The notes below the pieces were generated by a model. The model did not search any database. It saw only the letters and a program-made list of their open reading frames with translations, and was not told the DNA's origin. A stretch of 64,000 bases of DNA from an uncultured Actinomycetota bacterium. Its GTDB lineage: Bacteria > Actinomycetota > Actinomycetes > Mycobacteriales > Mycobacteriaceae. Of the stretch, positions 20,934 to 31,365 are shown in pieces. How positions within the stretch are numbered: position 1 is the first letter of the stretch; each line of letters opens with the position of its first letter. Location: assembly GCA_963805835.1 (NCBI GenBank), contig CAWDVX010000028.1, positions 1,378-65,377 of the forward strand, given 5' to 3'. A program made the translations under genes and the position numbers.

Positions 20934-21243
20934 TCAGGGGAAGAAGAAGCCGTCGCCGCCGAACATATCGCCCCACGGGCCGACGTACGGCTCCTCGGCG
21001 GGCGTGTCGTTGATCTGCACGTTGCCCGGCGTTGCGCATTCGGTCGACGAGCCGCCGAGGGCTTCGGCACCGCCCTCGTTGACGCATTTCGGGAGAAGAC
21101 CCGGCGCCGCCGCCTCCGCCGTCGGGGCGGGCGTCGGTTCAGGGCGGTGCCGGCTCGGCGCTGGCCGCGGGAGCCGCGAAGATCGCGGCTGCTGCTCCGG
21201 CAGCAATGAAGAGCGGAGTGACGTATCGAGGTGTGGTCGGCAT
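20934..21243 (-). CDS. Small secreted two-Cys protein (one frameshift)
   Basis: MPTTPRYVTPLFIAAGAAAAIFAAPAASAEP joins ...LPKCVNEGG...STECATPGNVQINDTP in another frame. Confidence 0.65.
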
Positions 21244-21259
21244 AGGCGCGCGCCCTTCT

Positions 21260-22354
21260 CTAGTGGGTCCCCGGCTTGTTGCACACAGAGTACAGCCCTT
21301 TTCCGGTGATGAGGGGTAGGTCGAGAGTCGTCCTGATACCCGGTGCAGCCGCGACCACCGCGGGGATCGCGTTGACGACGCGGGCGGCGGTCGCGACCAG
21401 TCCGGCGTGATTGTGATCCCCGTTGGGGCTGCTCAGGCAGAGGTCCAAGGCGTAGGAGGGTTCACCGGTGATCTCGATGCGATAGGAGCCCCCGTCCTGG
21501 GCCGGCTGTGGCCAGTCGGGGCGCAGGTCGTCGCGCAACCGCGTGACGTGTTCGAGCACGACCGCGACCCGGCCGTCCTTGCGCCCCTGGACCTCGAAGC
21601 GCAGTGCCGCCGCGGTGCCCTTCTGGATATGTCCGGAAGCGATATCGAAATCGTCGGGCGCCGGCTCGCGGACATAGGTCTCGGTCACTTCGTCGAGTTC
21701 GACGCCCAGGCCCGCGGCGAGCTGTCGCACCACAGAACCCCATGCGAGGCTCAGCACACCGGGCTGCAGCAACATCGGCAGATCGTCGAGGGGCCTGCCG
21801 AACCCCATCACGTCGAACATCACGGTGGCGCTGTCATACGTGTCGTAGTTGATGATCTCCATACACCGGATCTGCTCGATGCTCTGGCAGGTTCCGGCCA
21901 GCGCGAGCGGAAGCAGGTCATTGGCGAAGCCGGGGTCGATACCGTTGACGAACACACTGGACTTGCCCGACTGTGCCGCATCCTCGATCGGCTTCACCAA
22001 CTCATCCGGCAGCGTTTGCCATGGGTACTGCAGGAACACCGCGCTACTGCCGACGACGTTGACGCCAGCCGCAAGGATTCGCCGGTAATCCTCCAGCGCC
22101 TCGGGCAGGCGGTTGTCCGCCATGGCGGTGTAGACGGCGCACTCCGGCTTGGTCGCCAACACGGCATCGAGATCTGTCGTGGCGGTGATGCCCGTAGAGA
22201 CATCAAGTCCCGCGAGCTGTCCGGCGTCCTTACCGGCCTTCGAATCCGAGGACACCCACACGCCGGTGAGTTCGAACTGCGGATCCTTGATCAGCTGGGT
22301 CAGTGCGTGGCGGCCGACGTTACCGGTGCCGATCGCGGCGACTTTGATGCTCAA
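21260..22354 (-). CDS. Dihydrodipicolinate-reductase-like NAD(P)-binding oxidoreductase (Rv0926c-like)
   Basis: IGTGNVG, NGIDPGFANDLLP, ATAARVVNAIPAV. Confidence 0.85.
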   Translation of the reverse strand: MSIKVAAIGTGNVGRHALTQLIKDPQFELTGVWVSSDSKAGKDAGQLAGLDVSTGITATTDLDAVLATKPECAVYTAMADNRLPEALEDYRRILAAGVNVVGSSAVFLQYPWQTLPDELVKPIEDAAQSGKSSVFVNGIDPGFANDLLPLALAGTCQSIEQIRCMEIINYDTYDSATVMFDVMGFGRPLDDLPMLLQPGVLSLAWGSVVRQLAAGLGVELDEVTETYVREPAPDDFDIASGHIQKGTAAALRFEVQGRKDGRVAVVLEHVTRLRDDLRPDWPQPAQDGGSYRIEITGEPSYALDLCLSSPNGDHNHAGLVATAARVVNAIPAVVAAAPGIRTTLDLPLITGKGLYSVCNKPGTH

Positions 22355-22364
22355 GAGATGCTCC

Positions 22365-23156
22365 TCACAGATCGGGGATGGGTAGGTCGAGGTTTGGGAA
22401 GGTGAGGCCGCCGTCGACCTCGAGCGTCTTGCCGGTCAGATAGGAGCCGGCGGGAGAAGCGAGATACACCGCGGCCGCGGCGATGTCCTCGGGTTCGCCC
22501 AATCTGCGCATGGGCGTGGCATTTTCCATCGGTCGTCGAAGCTCATCATTGGAGGCCACCACGTCAAGCGCCGACGTGAGGATCGACCCCGGCGCTATGG
22601 CGTTGACGCGGATCCGCGGGCACAGGTCCAATGCGGTGAGTCGGGTGTAGTGGGCGAGGGCGGCCTTGGCGGTTCCGTACGCGGCGAAACCGCGGCCGGC
22701 CTCGCGCCCCATCGTCGACGTGATGTTGATGATGTTGCCGCCGCCGGAATGTTCGAGCATCAACGGGACGGCCGCGGTGGTGAGAGCGTGCGCGGTGGCG
22801 ACGTTGAAGGTGAAGGCGTCGCGCAGGTCCTTGGTGGATGTGGTCAGCAGCGTGTTGGGCATCGTGCCGCCGACGTTGTTCACGACGATGTCTAGTTTGC
22901 CGAAGGCCTCGACGGCCTCACCCGCGAGCTTGGCCGTGTCCTCGGGATGCGCGAGGTCGGCGACCACGATGTGAGCTTTGCGGCCGACGCCTTTGACCTG
23001 TTCGGCCACCTCTTCGAGTTGAGCCTGCGTGCGCGCCGCAATGACCACGTCAGCACCGGCTTCCGCGAATGCCAGCGCCATCGCGGCACCGAGTCCACGG
23101 CCCGCGCCGGTCACCACCGCGACTTGGTTGTCCAGCCGAAATCTGTCCAGAATCAC
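22365..23156 (-). CDS. SDR oxidoreductase (Rv0927c-like)
   Basis: [25 protein letters not shown]. Confidence 0.92.
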   Translation of the reverse strand: MILDRFRLDNQVAVVTGAGRGLGAAMALAFAEAGADVVIAARTQAQLEEVAEQVKGVGRKAHIVVADLAHPEDTAKLAGEAVEAFGKLDIVVNNVGGTMPNTLLTTSTKDLRDAFTFNVATAHALTTAAVPLMLEHSGGGNIINITSTMGREAGRGFAAYGTAKAALAHYTRLTALDLCPRIRVNAIAPGSILTSALDVVASNDELRRPMENATPMRRLGEPEDIAAAAVYLASPAGSYLTGKTLEVDGGLTFPNLDLPIPDL

Positions 23157-23219
23157 GTGCGTTTCCTTCCGTCGCCGGGCGAACCTTAGCAATCCTAGGC
23201 AGCGCCGGTGAGCAGTTTC

Positions 23220-23233
23220 TGAAACACGTTCTA
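23220..23233. promoter_or_regulatory. KstR operator
   Basis: TGAAACACGTTCTA matches TnnAACnnGTTnnA, upstream of the SDR gene. Confidence 0.75.
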
Positions 23234-23503
23234 ATTCTGTCAGAGGCTGTCAGTCACCGTGGCCACACTTATTCACCGCCTCTTGGGATCCCCGAGACGT
23301 CCTGGACCAATATGACTGTGTGCCAACCTCGCAGCGACTTTGTCGCTCGACTACTACCAGCGAGGGCAACATCACGCGACATCATCGACAAAGTCGCGCG
23401 TAGCGAGGCCCAGGAACACAGGCCCACCGGGACGTCTCGGCCTCAGCGGCTGACAAAACCTCGACGTGTCGGTCCGGACGGGTCTGGGCTGTCGGACTGA
23501 CCC

Positions 23504-24412
23504 CTACTTCTTCGCGGCCGCTTTCTTGGCTGTCTTTTTGGCGGGCGCCTTCTTCGCGGCTTTCTTGGCCGTCTTCTTGGCCGGCGCTTTCTTGGCCGGC
23601 TTCTCCGAACCGCCGCCACTCTCGCGGCGCGCCTTCACGCTGGCCTCGAGTTTCGCGAGCAGATCCGACACGTCCTCGGTCTCGTCGAGCTCCTTCGGCT
23701 GCTCTTCGGTGGTAAACGCCTCGCCGCCTTCGAGTTTGGCCTGAATCAGCTCGTGCAGCTGCTCCTGGTAATCGTCGTGATAGCGGTCGGGGTTGAAGTC
23801 GTCGGTCATCGACTCCACTACCTGGCTCGCCATCTTCAACTCAGCGGGTTTGATGTCAATCTTCGCGTCGAGCGAAGGGAAGTCGGGATCACGGATCTCG
23901 TCGGGCCACAGCAGCGTCTGGATGACCATCACGTCGCGCTTGGAAAAGTCCTGCACGCGGAGCGCGGCCAGCCTGGTCTTGTTGCGCAGCGCGAAATGCA
24001 CGATCGCGACGCGGTCGGTTTCTTTCAGCGTCTTGGTCAGCAGCACATACGATTTCGTCGACTTGCCCTCGGGCTCGAGGAAGTAGCTCTTGTCGTACAT
24101 CATCGGATCGATGTCGCTGGCCGGCACGAATTCCAGCACCTCGATCTCGCGGCTGCGTTCCTCCGGCAGTGACGCGATGTCGTCGTCGGTGATGATCACC
24201 GTCTGGCCGTCGTCGGATTCGTAGGCCTTGGCGATATCGCGGTACTCCACCACCTCACCGCACACCTCGCAGACCCGCTTGTACCGGATGCGCCCGTTGT
24301 CCTTCTCGTGCACCTGGTGGAACTTGACGTCGTGATCCTCGGTCGCGCTGTAGACCTTGACCGGGACGTTCACCAGTCCGAAGGCGATTGAACCCTTCCA
24401 AATGGAACGCAT
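23504..24412 (-). CDS. ku: NHEJ DNA end-binding protein Ku
   Basis: MRSIWKGSIAFGLVNVPVKVYSAT; basic PAKKA-repeat tail. Confidence 0.97.
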   Translation of the reverse strand: MRSIWKGSIAFGLVNVPVKVYSATEDHDVKFHQVHEKDNGRIRYKRVCEVCGEVVEYRDIAKAYESDDGQTVIITDDDIASLPEERSREIEVLEFVPASDIDPMMYDKSYFLEPEGKSTKSYVLLTKTLKETDRVAIVHFALRNKTRLAALRVQDFSKRDVMVIQTLLWPDEIRDPDFPSLDAKIDIKPAELKMASQVVESMTDDFNPDRYHDDYQEQLHELIQAKLEGGEAFTTEEQPKELDETEDVSDLLAKLEASVKARRESGGGSEKPAKKAPAKKTAKKAAKKAPAKKTAKKAAAKK

Positions 24413-24421
24413 AAGGCCACG

Positions 24422-25396
24422 TTAGCCGGGTTGCGACAGCAGCGGGCCCGAGCTCGCCGCCGCGGCGTCCCGTGTTGCGCGATCCGGCAGGTCAGCACCG
24501 GCACGGGCGACCGTCAGCGCCGAGGTCAGCGCGGCAGTGCGCACTACGCGGGTCAACGCGTCGGTGCTGATTTCGGCCAGATCGTTGCGTCGTTGGGCCC
24601 CCAGCAGATCCAGCGACCACAGCGCATCGATGAGTCCGGTCATGAACGCGTCGCCGGCGCCGACGGTGTCGACGATGTTCACCTTGTACGCCGGCACGTG
24701 GACTTCGCCCGCCGCGGACATCGCGAGCGCGCCGCGCTCACCCAACGTCACCGCGACGATCGAGGGACCCAGGCTCAGCCAGGTTCGCGCAATCTGCTCG
24801 GCCGAGCGATTCGGGTCGATCCAGCGCAGATCCTCGTCGCTGGCCTTCACCACATCGCAGCGCTCGAGGAGCCGGTCGATGCGACCCCGCGCGCCGTCAC
24901 CGTCCTCGATCAGCGCCGGTCGCACATTCGGGTCGAACGTCAGCGTCGCCGAGGGGTGGTAGGCGTCAAGCAGAGCGGCGGTCGCCCGGCAGCCCGGCTC
25001 GAGCCACGTCGCGATCGATCCGGTGTGCGCGACCAACGGCGGCGCCACCTCCGGCGTTCCCGAAAGCTGCCATTCGATGTCGAACGTGTACTGCGCCGAG
25101 CCCGATTCGTCGAGCGTGGCAACCGCCGTCGGCGTTCGTTCGGCGGTCTGGCTGCCCGAAACCAGTCGTACTCCCGAGCTTTCGACATAGTCGACGATCC
25201 GCCGGCCGCGGGCGTCGTCGCCGATGTGGGTGAGGAAGTCGACATCTCGGCCCAGCCGGGCCAGACCGACCGCCACATTGAGCGGGCTGCCCCCGACGTG
25301 CTCGGTCGAGACGCCGTCGCGCACCGCGTCGGATGCTCGCTCGTGACCTCGCTCGACGATGTCGATCAGTGCCTCGCCGATGACGAGGGATCTCAT
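24422..25396 (-). CDS. PfkB-family carbohydrate kinase (fructokinase-like)
   Basis: GEALIDIV, GGSPLNVAVGLARLG, FDPNVRP, VDTVGAGDAF. Confidence 0.9.
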   Translation of the reverse strand: MRSLVIGEALIDIVERGHERASDAVRDGVSTEHVGGSPLNVAVGLARLGRDVDFLTHIGDDARGRRIVDYVESSGVRLVSGSQTAERTPTAVATLDESGSAQYTFDIEWQLSGTPEVAPPLVAHTGSIATWLEPGCRATAALLDAYHPSATLTFDPNVRPALIEDGDGARGRIDRLLERCDVVKASDEDLRWIDPNRSAEQIARTWLSLGPSIVAVTLGERGALAMSAAGEVHVPAYKVNIVDTVGAGDAFMTGLIDALWSLDLLGAQRRNDLAEISTDALTRVVRTAALTSALTVARAGADLPDRATRDAAAASSGPLLSQPG

Positions 25397-26811
25397 GGTG
25401 TGTCCTTGCGCAGCAGTGTCTCCAACGTCGCGCGCGCGCCGTCGCGGTGCAGCGATTCCAGCGCCCACACGTACGCCTCGACGAATCGGGGATCGCTCGC
25501 CAGATCGCCGAACACGTCGGTGTTTTCGATGAATGCGGTCGGGTTCTCCCGTTGCGACTTCGCCAGCGGCACCAAGGTGTCGGCCAGCTGGTCCTGGACC
25601 TCGATGGGCTCGCCCTGTTCGTCGACGCCTTCGGCATACCGTGCCCAGCTGGCGATCGTCGCTGCCGACAGTCGCACCGGTGCACCGGTTCTGAGGTTCT
25701 CCCTGATCACCGGGAGCAGCCATTTCGGGATGCGGTCCGATGAGCCGAAGCACAGCCGCACGATCGTGTCTTTGACGCCCGGATTGGCGAATCGTTCGAT
25801 CAGTGTGCTCTTGTAGTCCGGCAGGTCGATACCCGGCACCGGCTTCAGCGTCGGGGTGGCCTCGGTGTCCATGTATGCCCGCAGGAACTCGGCGAACAAC
25901 GGGTCACCCGCGGCATCGTGCACCAGCCGGTATCCCGCCAAATACGCGAAATAGCAGAGACTCTGGTGGCTGGCGTTGAGCAGTCGCAGCTTCATCAATT
26001 CGTAAGGCGTGACATCGTCGACCATCAAGACGTCGACCTTCTCCAGCGGAGGTCGGCCATCGGAGAAATCGTCCTCGAGCACCCACGACGTGAACGGTTC
26101 GGCGGCCACCGGCCATCGGTCGTCGACGCCGAATTCGTTCTCGACGGCGGCGATGACGTCGGGCGTAGTGACCGGCGTGATGCGGTCGACCATCGAATTA
26201 GGGAACCTGGTGTGCTCTCTCATCCAATCGCCGAGGCCGGGATGGAGCCGCTCGGCGTAGGTGGTGAAGGCGTGGCGCGCGACCTCGCCGTTGCCCTCGA
26301 TGTTGTCGCACGACACGATCGTCGGCGACGCGACACCGCGTTCACGTCGACGCGCCAACGCCGACGCGACGAGGCCGAACACGTGAACTCCGTCGCCGGC
26401 CGAGCCGGCAGTCCTACCACCGCCAAGATTTTCGATGTTGTAGCCGCCCTCGGTGATGGTCAGCGAGATGATGCGGGTGCTCGGCGCGGCCAAGAGTTCG
26501 ATCACCGACTCCGGATCGTCGGGAGCGTAGCGGTAGTCGACGATCGATCCGATGACCCGCGCGTCGCGGGTGCCGTCGGGATTCTCGAGCAACAGCGTGT
26601 ACAGGCCGTCCTGCGCGGCCATGACGTCGGCCATCTTGCGGTCGGCCGCCATGACACCGACACCGCAAATGCCCCAGTCCTTGGCGAGGCCCATCTCCAA
26701 CAGCCGGTCGATGTACATGGCCTGGTGAGCGCGGTGGAATCCGCCGACTCCGAAATGGACTATGCCGACGCCGATCTCGTCGCGGTCATAGCTCGGCCTG
26801 CTGAGTGTCAT
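25393..26811 (-). CDS. Mannitol/polyol 2-dehydrogenase
   Basis: IVHFGVGGFHRAHQA, LTITEGGY, SCDN, FPNSMVDRITP, KLRLLNASH. Confidence 0.92.
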   Translation of the reverse strand: MTLSRPSYDRDEIGVGIVHFGVGGFHRAHQAMYIDRLLEMGLAKDWGICGVGVMAADRKMADVMAAQDGLYTLLLENPDGTRDARVIGSIVDYRYAPDDPESVIELLAAPSTRIISLTITEGGYNIENLGGGRTAGSAGDGVHVFGLVASALARRRERGVASPTIVSCDNIEGNGEVARHAFTTYAERLHPGLGDWMREHTRFPNSMVDRITPVTTPDVIAAVENEFGVDDRWPVAAEPFTSWVLEDDFSDGRPPLEKVDVLMVDDVTPYELMKLRLLNASHQSLCYFAYLAGYRLVHDAAGDPLFAEFLRAYMDTEATPTLKPVPGIDLPDYKSTLIERFANPGVKDTIVRLCFGSSDRIPKWLLPVIRENLRTGAPVRLSAATIASWARYAEGVDEQGEPIEVQDQLADTLVPLAKSQRENPTAFIENTDVFGDLASDPRFVEAYVWALESLHRDGARATLETLLRKDTP

Positions 26812-27911
26812 GACACCGTCACCACCGACTTGACGCTACCCGGGATCCGGTCTGAGTCCAGGGCCTCGGCGGCCTTCTCGAGCGGGAAATGGGCGGTCAC
26901 CATGGCATCGAGGTCGACACGACCGGATTCCACCAGCGAGATCGCCGTCGGCCAGGTGTTGGCGTACCGGAACACGCCCGTCAGCACCAGCTCACGGTTC
27001 TGGATCAGCTGCGTCGGCAGCTCCATGGTCTCAGCGCCCGAGCCCACCAGCACCACCCTGCCCGCGGGCCGCACCGCGCGAATACCGGCAGCGACGGCCG
27101 CCGCGGCGCCGGACGCGTCGATGAAGGCATCGACCGCGCGCTCGTCAAGCCGGTCTGTTGCGGGATCGACGGCCGAGGTGGCACCGAACGCGATCGCGCG
27201 GTCGCGTCGGGACCGGTCGGGATCGCTGACGACGATCTCCGTCGCACCGTACGCGCGGGCGAGCTGCGTCACCACGATGCCGATGGGTCCGGCGCCCGCG
27301 ATGAGCACCCGCGATCTGCCGTCTTCCCGTCGTCCCCCTAGCCTCCGGCTGGGTGGTGCCCCCACCGCTCGCCCCGGACCGTCGAGTTCGGCCTTGCGAA
27401 TCGCGGCGATGCCGACGGACAACGGCTCACACAGCGCCGCGGCGTCGTCGGACATCGAGTCCGGCACCGGGTGCGCGAACTCCGCGCCGATCGTCACGTA
27501 CTCGCAGAGCGCGCCGTCCACCGGCGGGGTGGCGAAGAACCGCATATGCGGACAGAGGTTGTAGTGGCCGCGACGCGTCTCGTCGGTATCGGGGTCGGGT
27601 CGTTGCGGTTCGATCGACACCCGCTGACCGACGCGAGACGGGTCGACGGATTCGCCGACGCCGACGATGGTCCCCGCCGCCTCGTGACCGAGGACCAGGG
27701 GCGCTTCCACGACGAACCCACCCACCCGGCCGTGCCGGTAGTAGTGCGTATCCGAGCCGCATACACCCACCGACGAGACCCGTATGAGCACGTCACCCGG
27801 CCCAGGCGTCGGCACCGGCCGTTGCTCCATCTCGATCCGGCCCTGTTCGACGAGTACCGCGGCCCGCATCCGGGTATCTGGAGAAAGTGTTGTGTACGTC
27901 ACAGTCACCAT
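26808..27911 (-). CDS. Zn-dependent sorbitol/xylitol dehydrogenase
   Basis: GVCGSDTHYY, VLGHEAAG, CEPLSVG, GAGPIG, GVFRYANTW. Confidence 0.9.
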   Translation of the reverse strand: MVTVTYTTLSPDTRMRAAVLVEQGRIEMEQRPVPTPGPGDVLIRVSSVGVCGSDTHYYRHGRVGGFVVEAPLVLGHEAAGTIVGVGESVDPSRVGQRVSIEPQRPDPDTDETRRGHYNLCPHMRFFATPPVDGALCEYVTIGAEFAHPVPDSMSDDAAALCEPLSVGIAAIRKAELDGPGRAVGAPPSRRLGGRREDGRSRVLIAGAGPIGIVVTQLARAYGATEIVVSDPDRSRRDRAIAFGATSAVDPATDRLDERAVDAFIDASGAAAAVAAGIRAVRPAGRVVLVGSGAETMELPTQLIQNRELVLTGVFRYANTWPTAISLVESGRVDLDAMVTAHFPLEKAAEALDSDRIPGSVKSVVTVS

Positions 27912-27921
27912 GTTAGCGTTA

Positions 27922-27955
27922 TGAGCATCTACTCGCACCCCTGAGCAAATGCTCA
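27922..27955. promoter_or_regulatory. Putative tandem operator of the SorC/DeoR-type regulator
   Basis: Palindrome TGAGCA-AA-TGCTCA (27942-27955) plus a degenerate copy TGAGCATCTACTCG 20 bp upstream, in the divergent intergenic gap. Confidence 0.7.
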
Positions 27956-27984
27956 CACGGTTGAGGGAAAGTGGGGCTGCTCTC

Positions 27985-29005
27985 GTGACCGTTTCGACGT
28001 CGAACGGCGAAGTCCGGTCGCGGCGCAGAGCACCGTGCGTCGTCGCCCGACGACCTTCGACTCGCATTGCGGGCAGCGACGCTGTACTACCTCGACGGTC
28101 TGACTCAGGCCGAGATCGCCTCCCGTCTCGGGGTCTCGCGGCCGACTGCGGGCCGATTGGTGGCCCGGGCCAAGGCCAAAGGGCTGGTGCGAATCGAGGT
28201 CGTCGTGCCGCCGGACATGCGCGACGATCTGCATGCTGACGAGGAGCGTGAGCTCGAACGCCGGTTCGGCCTGACCGAAGCTGTGGTGGCCGGACACGGA
28301 GTCGACGTCGGCTCGCCCGGCCGTCCCGCCGCCTTCGCGAGTGTGGGTCGCGCCGCGGCGGCACTGTTGATGCGCCGGCTTGCGCCAGACGATGTCCTCG
28401 GATTCACCTGGGGCCCCGAGCAAGTCGCGGTGGCTACCGCATTGGTGCCCGGTGTGGCGAGCTGCAAGACCGTGGTTCAACTGGATGGCGCCATGTCCAC
28501 CGCCGCGTACCAGACCGGTACGGAGGTCATTCTCAGCCGCTGCGCAGACGTATTGCGCGCCAGCACGATCCGGCTGCCCGCACCGCTGTATGCCGACCCC
28601 TCGACCGTCGTCTCGATGCGCAGCGACTCGGTCATCTCGCGGACACTCGAGGCAGGCAGCCGCGCCGACGTCATGTTGTTCGGCGTTGGCGTCGTCTCGA
28701 CCTCCACCACGCTGTTCGAAGGTAGTTATCTCGACATCCGTATGCTCGACGAGCTGATCTCGCTGGGCGCGGTGGGTGAGATCGGTGGCCGATTCTTCGA
28801 CGCGCAAGGCACCGCCGTCGACACGGAACTTCAGCAGCGCGCGGTGTCGGTTCCGCTCGAGGACATCCGCAGCTGCCAGAAGACGATCCTGATCTCCAGC
28901 GGCGCGACCAAATATCCCGCCACGCTCGGCGCGCTTCGCGGAAAGCTTGCCAGACTCCTGGTTTGTGACATCGATTGTGCCCGTTGGCTGCTGGCCCAGG
29001 CATGA
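27985..29005 (+). CDS. SorC/DeoR-type sugar-binding transcriptional regulator (5' frameshift)
   Basis: LYYLDGLTQAEIASRLGVSRPT HTH; GAVGEIGGRFFD. Confidence 0.88.
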
Positions 29006-29024
29006 TCCAGTGAAAGGTGAAGTG

Positions 29025-30390
29025 ATGGTGAGAGCGCTCAAACGATGGGCTGCCTGTGTAGCCGCGGCAGGCTTGACGTTGACGGCTACCAGCTGTGCCG
29101 GCGCAGGCAGCCTGGGGGCGTCGGATAGCGAGGTGACCATCGCACTGGTGTCCAACTCGCAGATGACCGATGCCCAGAAGCTGTCGACGGAGTTCGAGAA
29201 GGAGAACCCCGGCACGAAGCTGAAGTTCATCACGCTCTCGGAGAACCAGGCCCGCGCCAAGATCACGATGTCGACGGCCATGGGTGGCAGCGAATTCGAC
29301 GTGGTGATGATCAGCAATTTCGAGACTCCGCAGTGGGCCAAAGACGGCTGGCTGATGAATCTCTCGGAATTCGCGAAGAACACGCCGGGTTACGACGAGA
29401 ACGACTTCATCCCCTCGTTGCGCGATTCGCTGTCGTACGAGGGCGACATGTACGCCGTTCCGTTCTACGGCGAATCGTCGTTCCTGATGTACCGCAAGGA
29501 CCTCTTCGAACAGGCCGGCATCGAGATCAACCAGGATCCGAATTATCAGCCCACCTGGCAGGAAGTCGCCGATTGGGCCGACACGCTCAAGACCGACGAC
29601 CGGGCCGGCATCTGCCTGCGCGGCAAGCCGGGCTGGGGCGAGGTGCTGGCCCCGCTGGACACCGTGATCAATACCTTCGGTGGGCGCTGGTTCGACGAGC
29701 AGTGGAACGCCCAGTTGGACAGCCCCGAGGTGAAGAAGGCCGTCAACTTCTACGTCGACCTGATCAAGCGATCCGGTGAAATCGGCGCCGCCTCAACGGG
29801 ATTCCAGGAGTGCGCCAACCTGTTCGGTCAGGGCCAGACGGCGATGTGGTACGACGCAACGTCCGCGAACTCAGTCCTCGAGGACCCCAAGACCTACCCG
29901 GACCTGGTCGGCAAGATCGGCTACCTGCCCGCACCGATCGTGGAGAAGCCCAACTCGGGTTGGCTCTACACCTGGGCGCTGGCCATTCCGAAGGCCGCCA
30001 AGAATCCCGAAGGGGCATGGAAGTTCATCTCCTGGATGACCAGCAAGGATTACCTGAAGCTGGTCGGCGAGGAGTTGGGCTGGGCGCGCGTCCCACCGGG
30101 CAGCCGGACTCTCGACCTACACGGATCTGCCCGAGTACGAGGCGATCTCGAAGTCGTATGGTCCGCTGACCCTGGAGTCGATCGAGAACGCAACGCCGAA
30201 CGATCCGACGGTGCAACCGGTTCCGTACACCGGGGTGCAGTTCGTCGCCATTCCCGAGTTCCAGGATCTGGGGACGCGGGTGAGCCAGCAGATCAGTGCG
30301 GCCATCGCCGGGCAGAAGACCGTCGATGAGGCGCTCGCTCAAGCACAGCAATACGCCGAGGTCGTCGGCAAGAGCTACCAGGAGAAATGA
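29025..30390 (+). CDS. Polyol/sugar ABC transporter substrate-binding lipoprotein (frameshift ~30110)
   Basis: Lipobox ATSC, PFYGESSFLMYRKD, ICLRGKPGWGE; C-terminus GVQFVAIPEFQ in a shifted frame. Confidence 0.9.
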
Positions 30391-30480
30391 TGACTCTTAC
30401 TGCTGATACCGACGCTCGACGCCGAGGAGGCCGCGGTCGCCGAGCGCGTCCGAAAGATCAAGGCAGCACAGGACACTGGC

Positions 30481-31365
30481 GTGAGCCGTGCCGAGGGATG
30501 GCGCAGGCGTGGACCGCTGCTTCCCGCGTTGATCTTCATGATCGTGGTCACGCAGATCCCGTTCCTGTTCACCTTGTACTACTCGACGCTGTCGTGGAAC
30601 CTGGTTCGTCCGGGCTCGCGGCAGTTCGTGGGGCTGAACAACTACGTCGCGGTGATCAAGGACAGCCAGTTCTGGACGGTGGCCTTCAACACGGTCATCC
30701 TGATCGTCGGCGTGGTGCTGATCTCGGCGTTCTTTGGTCTGCTGCTCGCGCTGCTGCTCGATCGCGCGTTCCTGGGACGTGGCGTGGTGCGGACGCTGCT
30801 CATCACGCCGTTCCTGGTCACACCGGTTGCGGGCGCGCTGATCTGGAAGACGACCATCCTCGACCCGAACAACGGCATCCTGAACTGGCTGTTGTCGTTG
30901 GTCGGGGTGGGCAAGGTGGACTGGATCGGACAGTTTCCGCTGTCGATGGTCATGGTCGAATTGATCTGGCAGTGGACCCCGTTCATGATGCTGCTCATCC
31001 TGGCAGGTCTGCAGTCGATGCCGCGCGACCAGTTGGAGGCCGGGCGGGTCGACGGCGCGGGTGCGTTGCAGCTGTTCCGGGAACTGACGCTGCCCCACCT
31101 TCGGCGCTTCATCGAACTTGGGGTCGTGCTCGGGGCCATCTACCTGATCAACACGTTCGACGCCATCTACATGATGACCCAGGGCGGACCAGGTATCGCC
31201 AGTGCGAACCTGCCGTTCTACATCTATCAGCGCGCGTTCCTTGGCTTCGACATGGGCCAGGCGGCGGCCATGGGCGTGGTGGTCGTGATCTTCACCATCA
31301 TCATCGCCACCTTCGCGCTGCGGTTGATCTTCAAATCGTTCTCCGGCAAGGAAGAGGCAGCCTGA
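30481..31365 (+). CDS. Sugar ABC transporter permease (true start may be ~30390)
   Basis: FVGLNNY, WQWTPFMMLLILAGLQS, EAGRVDGA. Confidence 0.92.
   Translation: MSRAEGWRRRGPLLPALIFMIVVTQIPFLFTLYYSTLSWNLVRPGSRQFVGLNNYVAVIKDSQFWTVAFNTVILIVGVVLISAFFGLLLALLLDRAFLGRGVVRTLLITPFLVTPVAGALIWKTTILDPNNGILNWLLSLVGVGKVDWIGQFPLSMVMVELIWQWTPFMMLLILAGLQSMPRDQLEAGRVDGAGALQLFRELTLPHLRRFIELGVVLGAIYLINTFDAIYMMTQGGPGIASANLPFYIYQRAFLGFDMGQAAAMGVVVVIFTIIIATFALRLIFKSFSGKEEAA

Noticed and set aside
23248-23500. PafBC-like motif (TGTCAG-N10-CACACT) and short ORF between the SDR gene and ku
   Set aside because: Weak -10 match and no recognisable product; too little support.
23510-23600. AKK repeats in the Ku tail
   Set aside because: Known basic extension of actinobacterial Ku.
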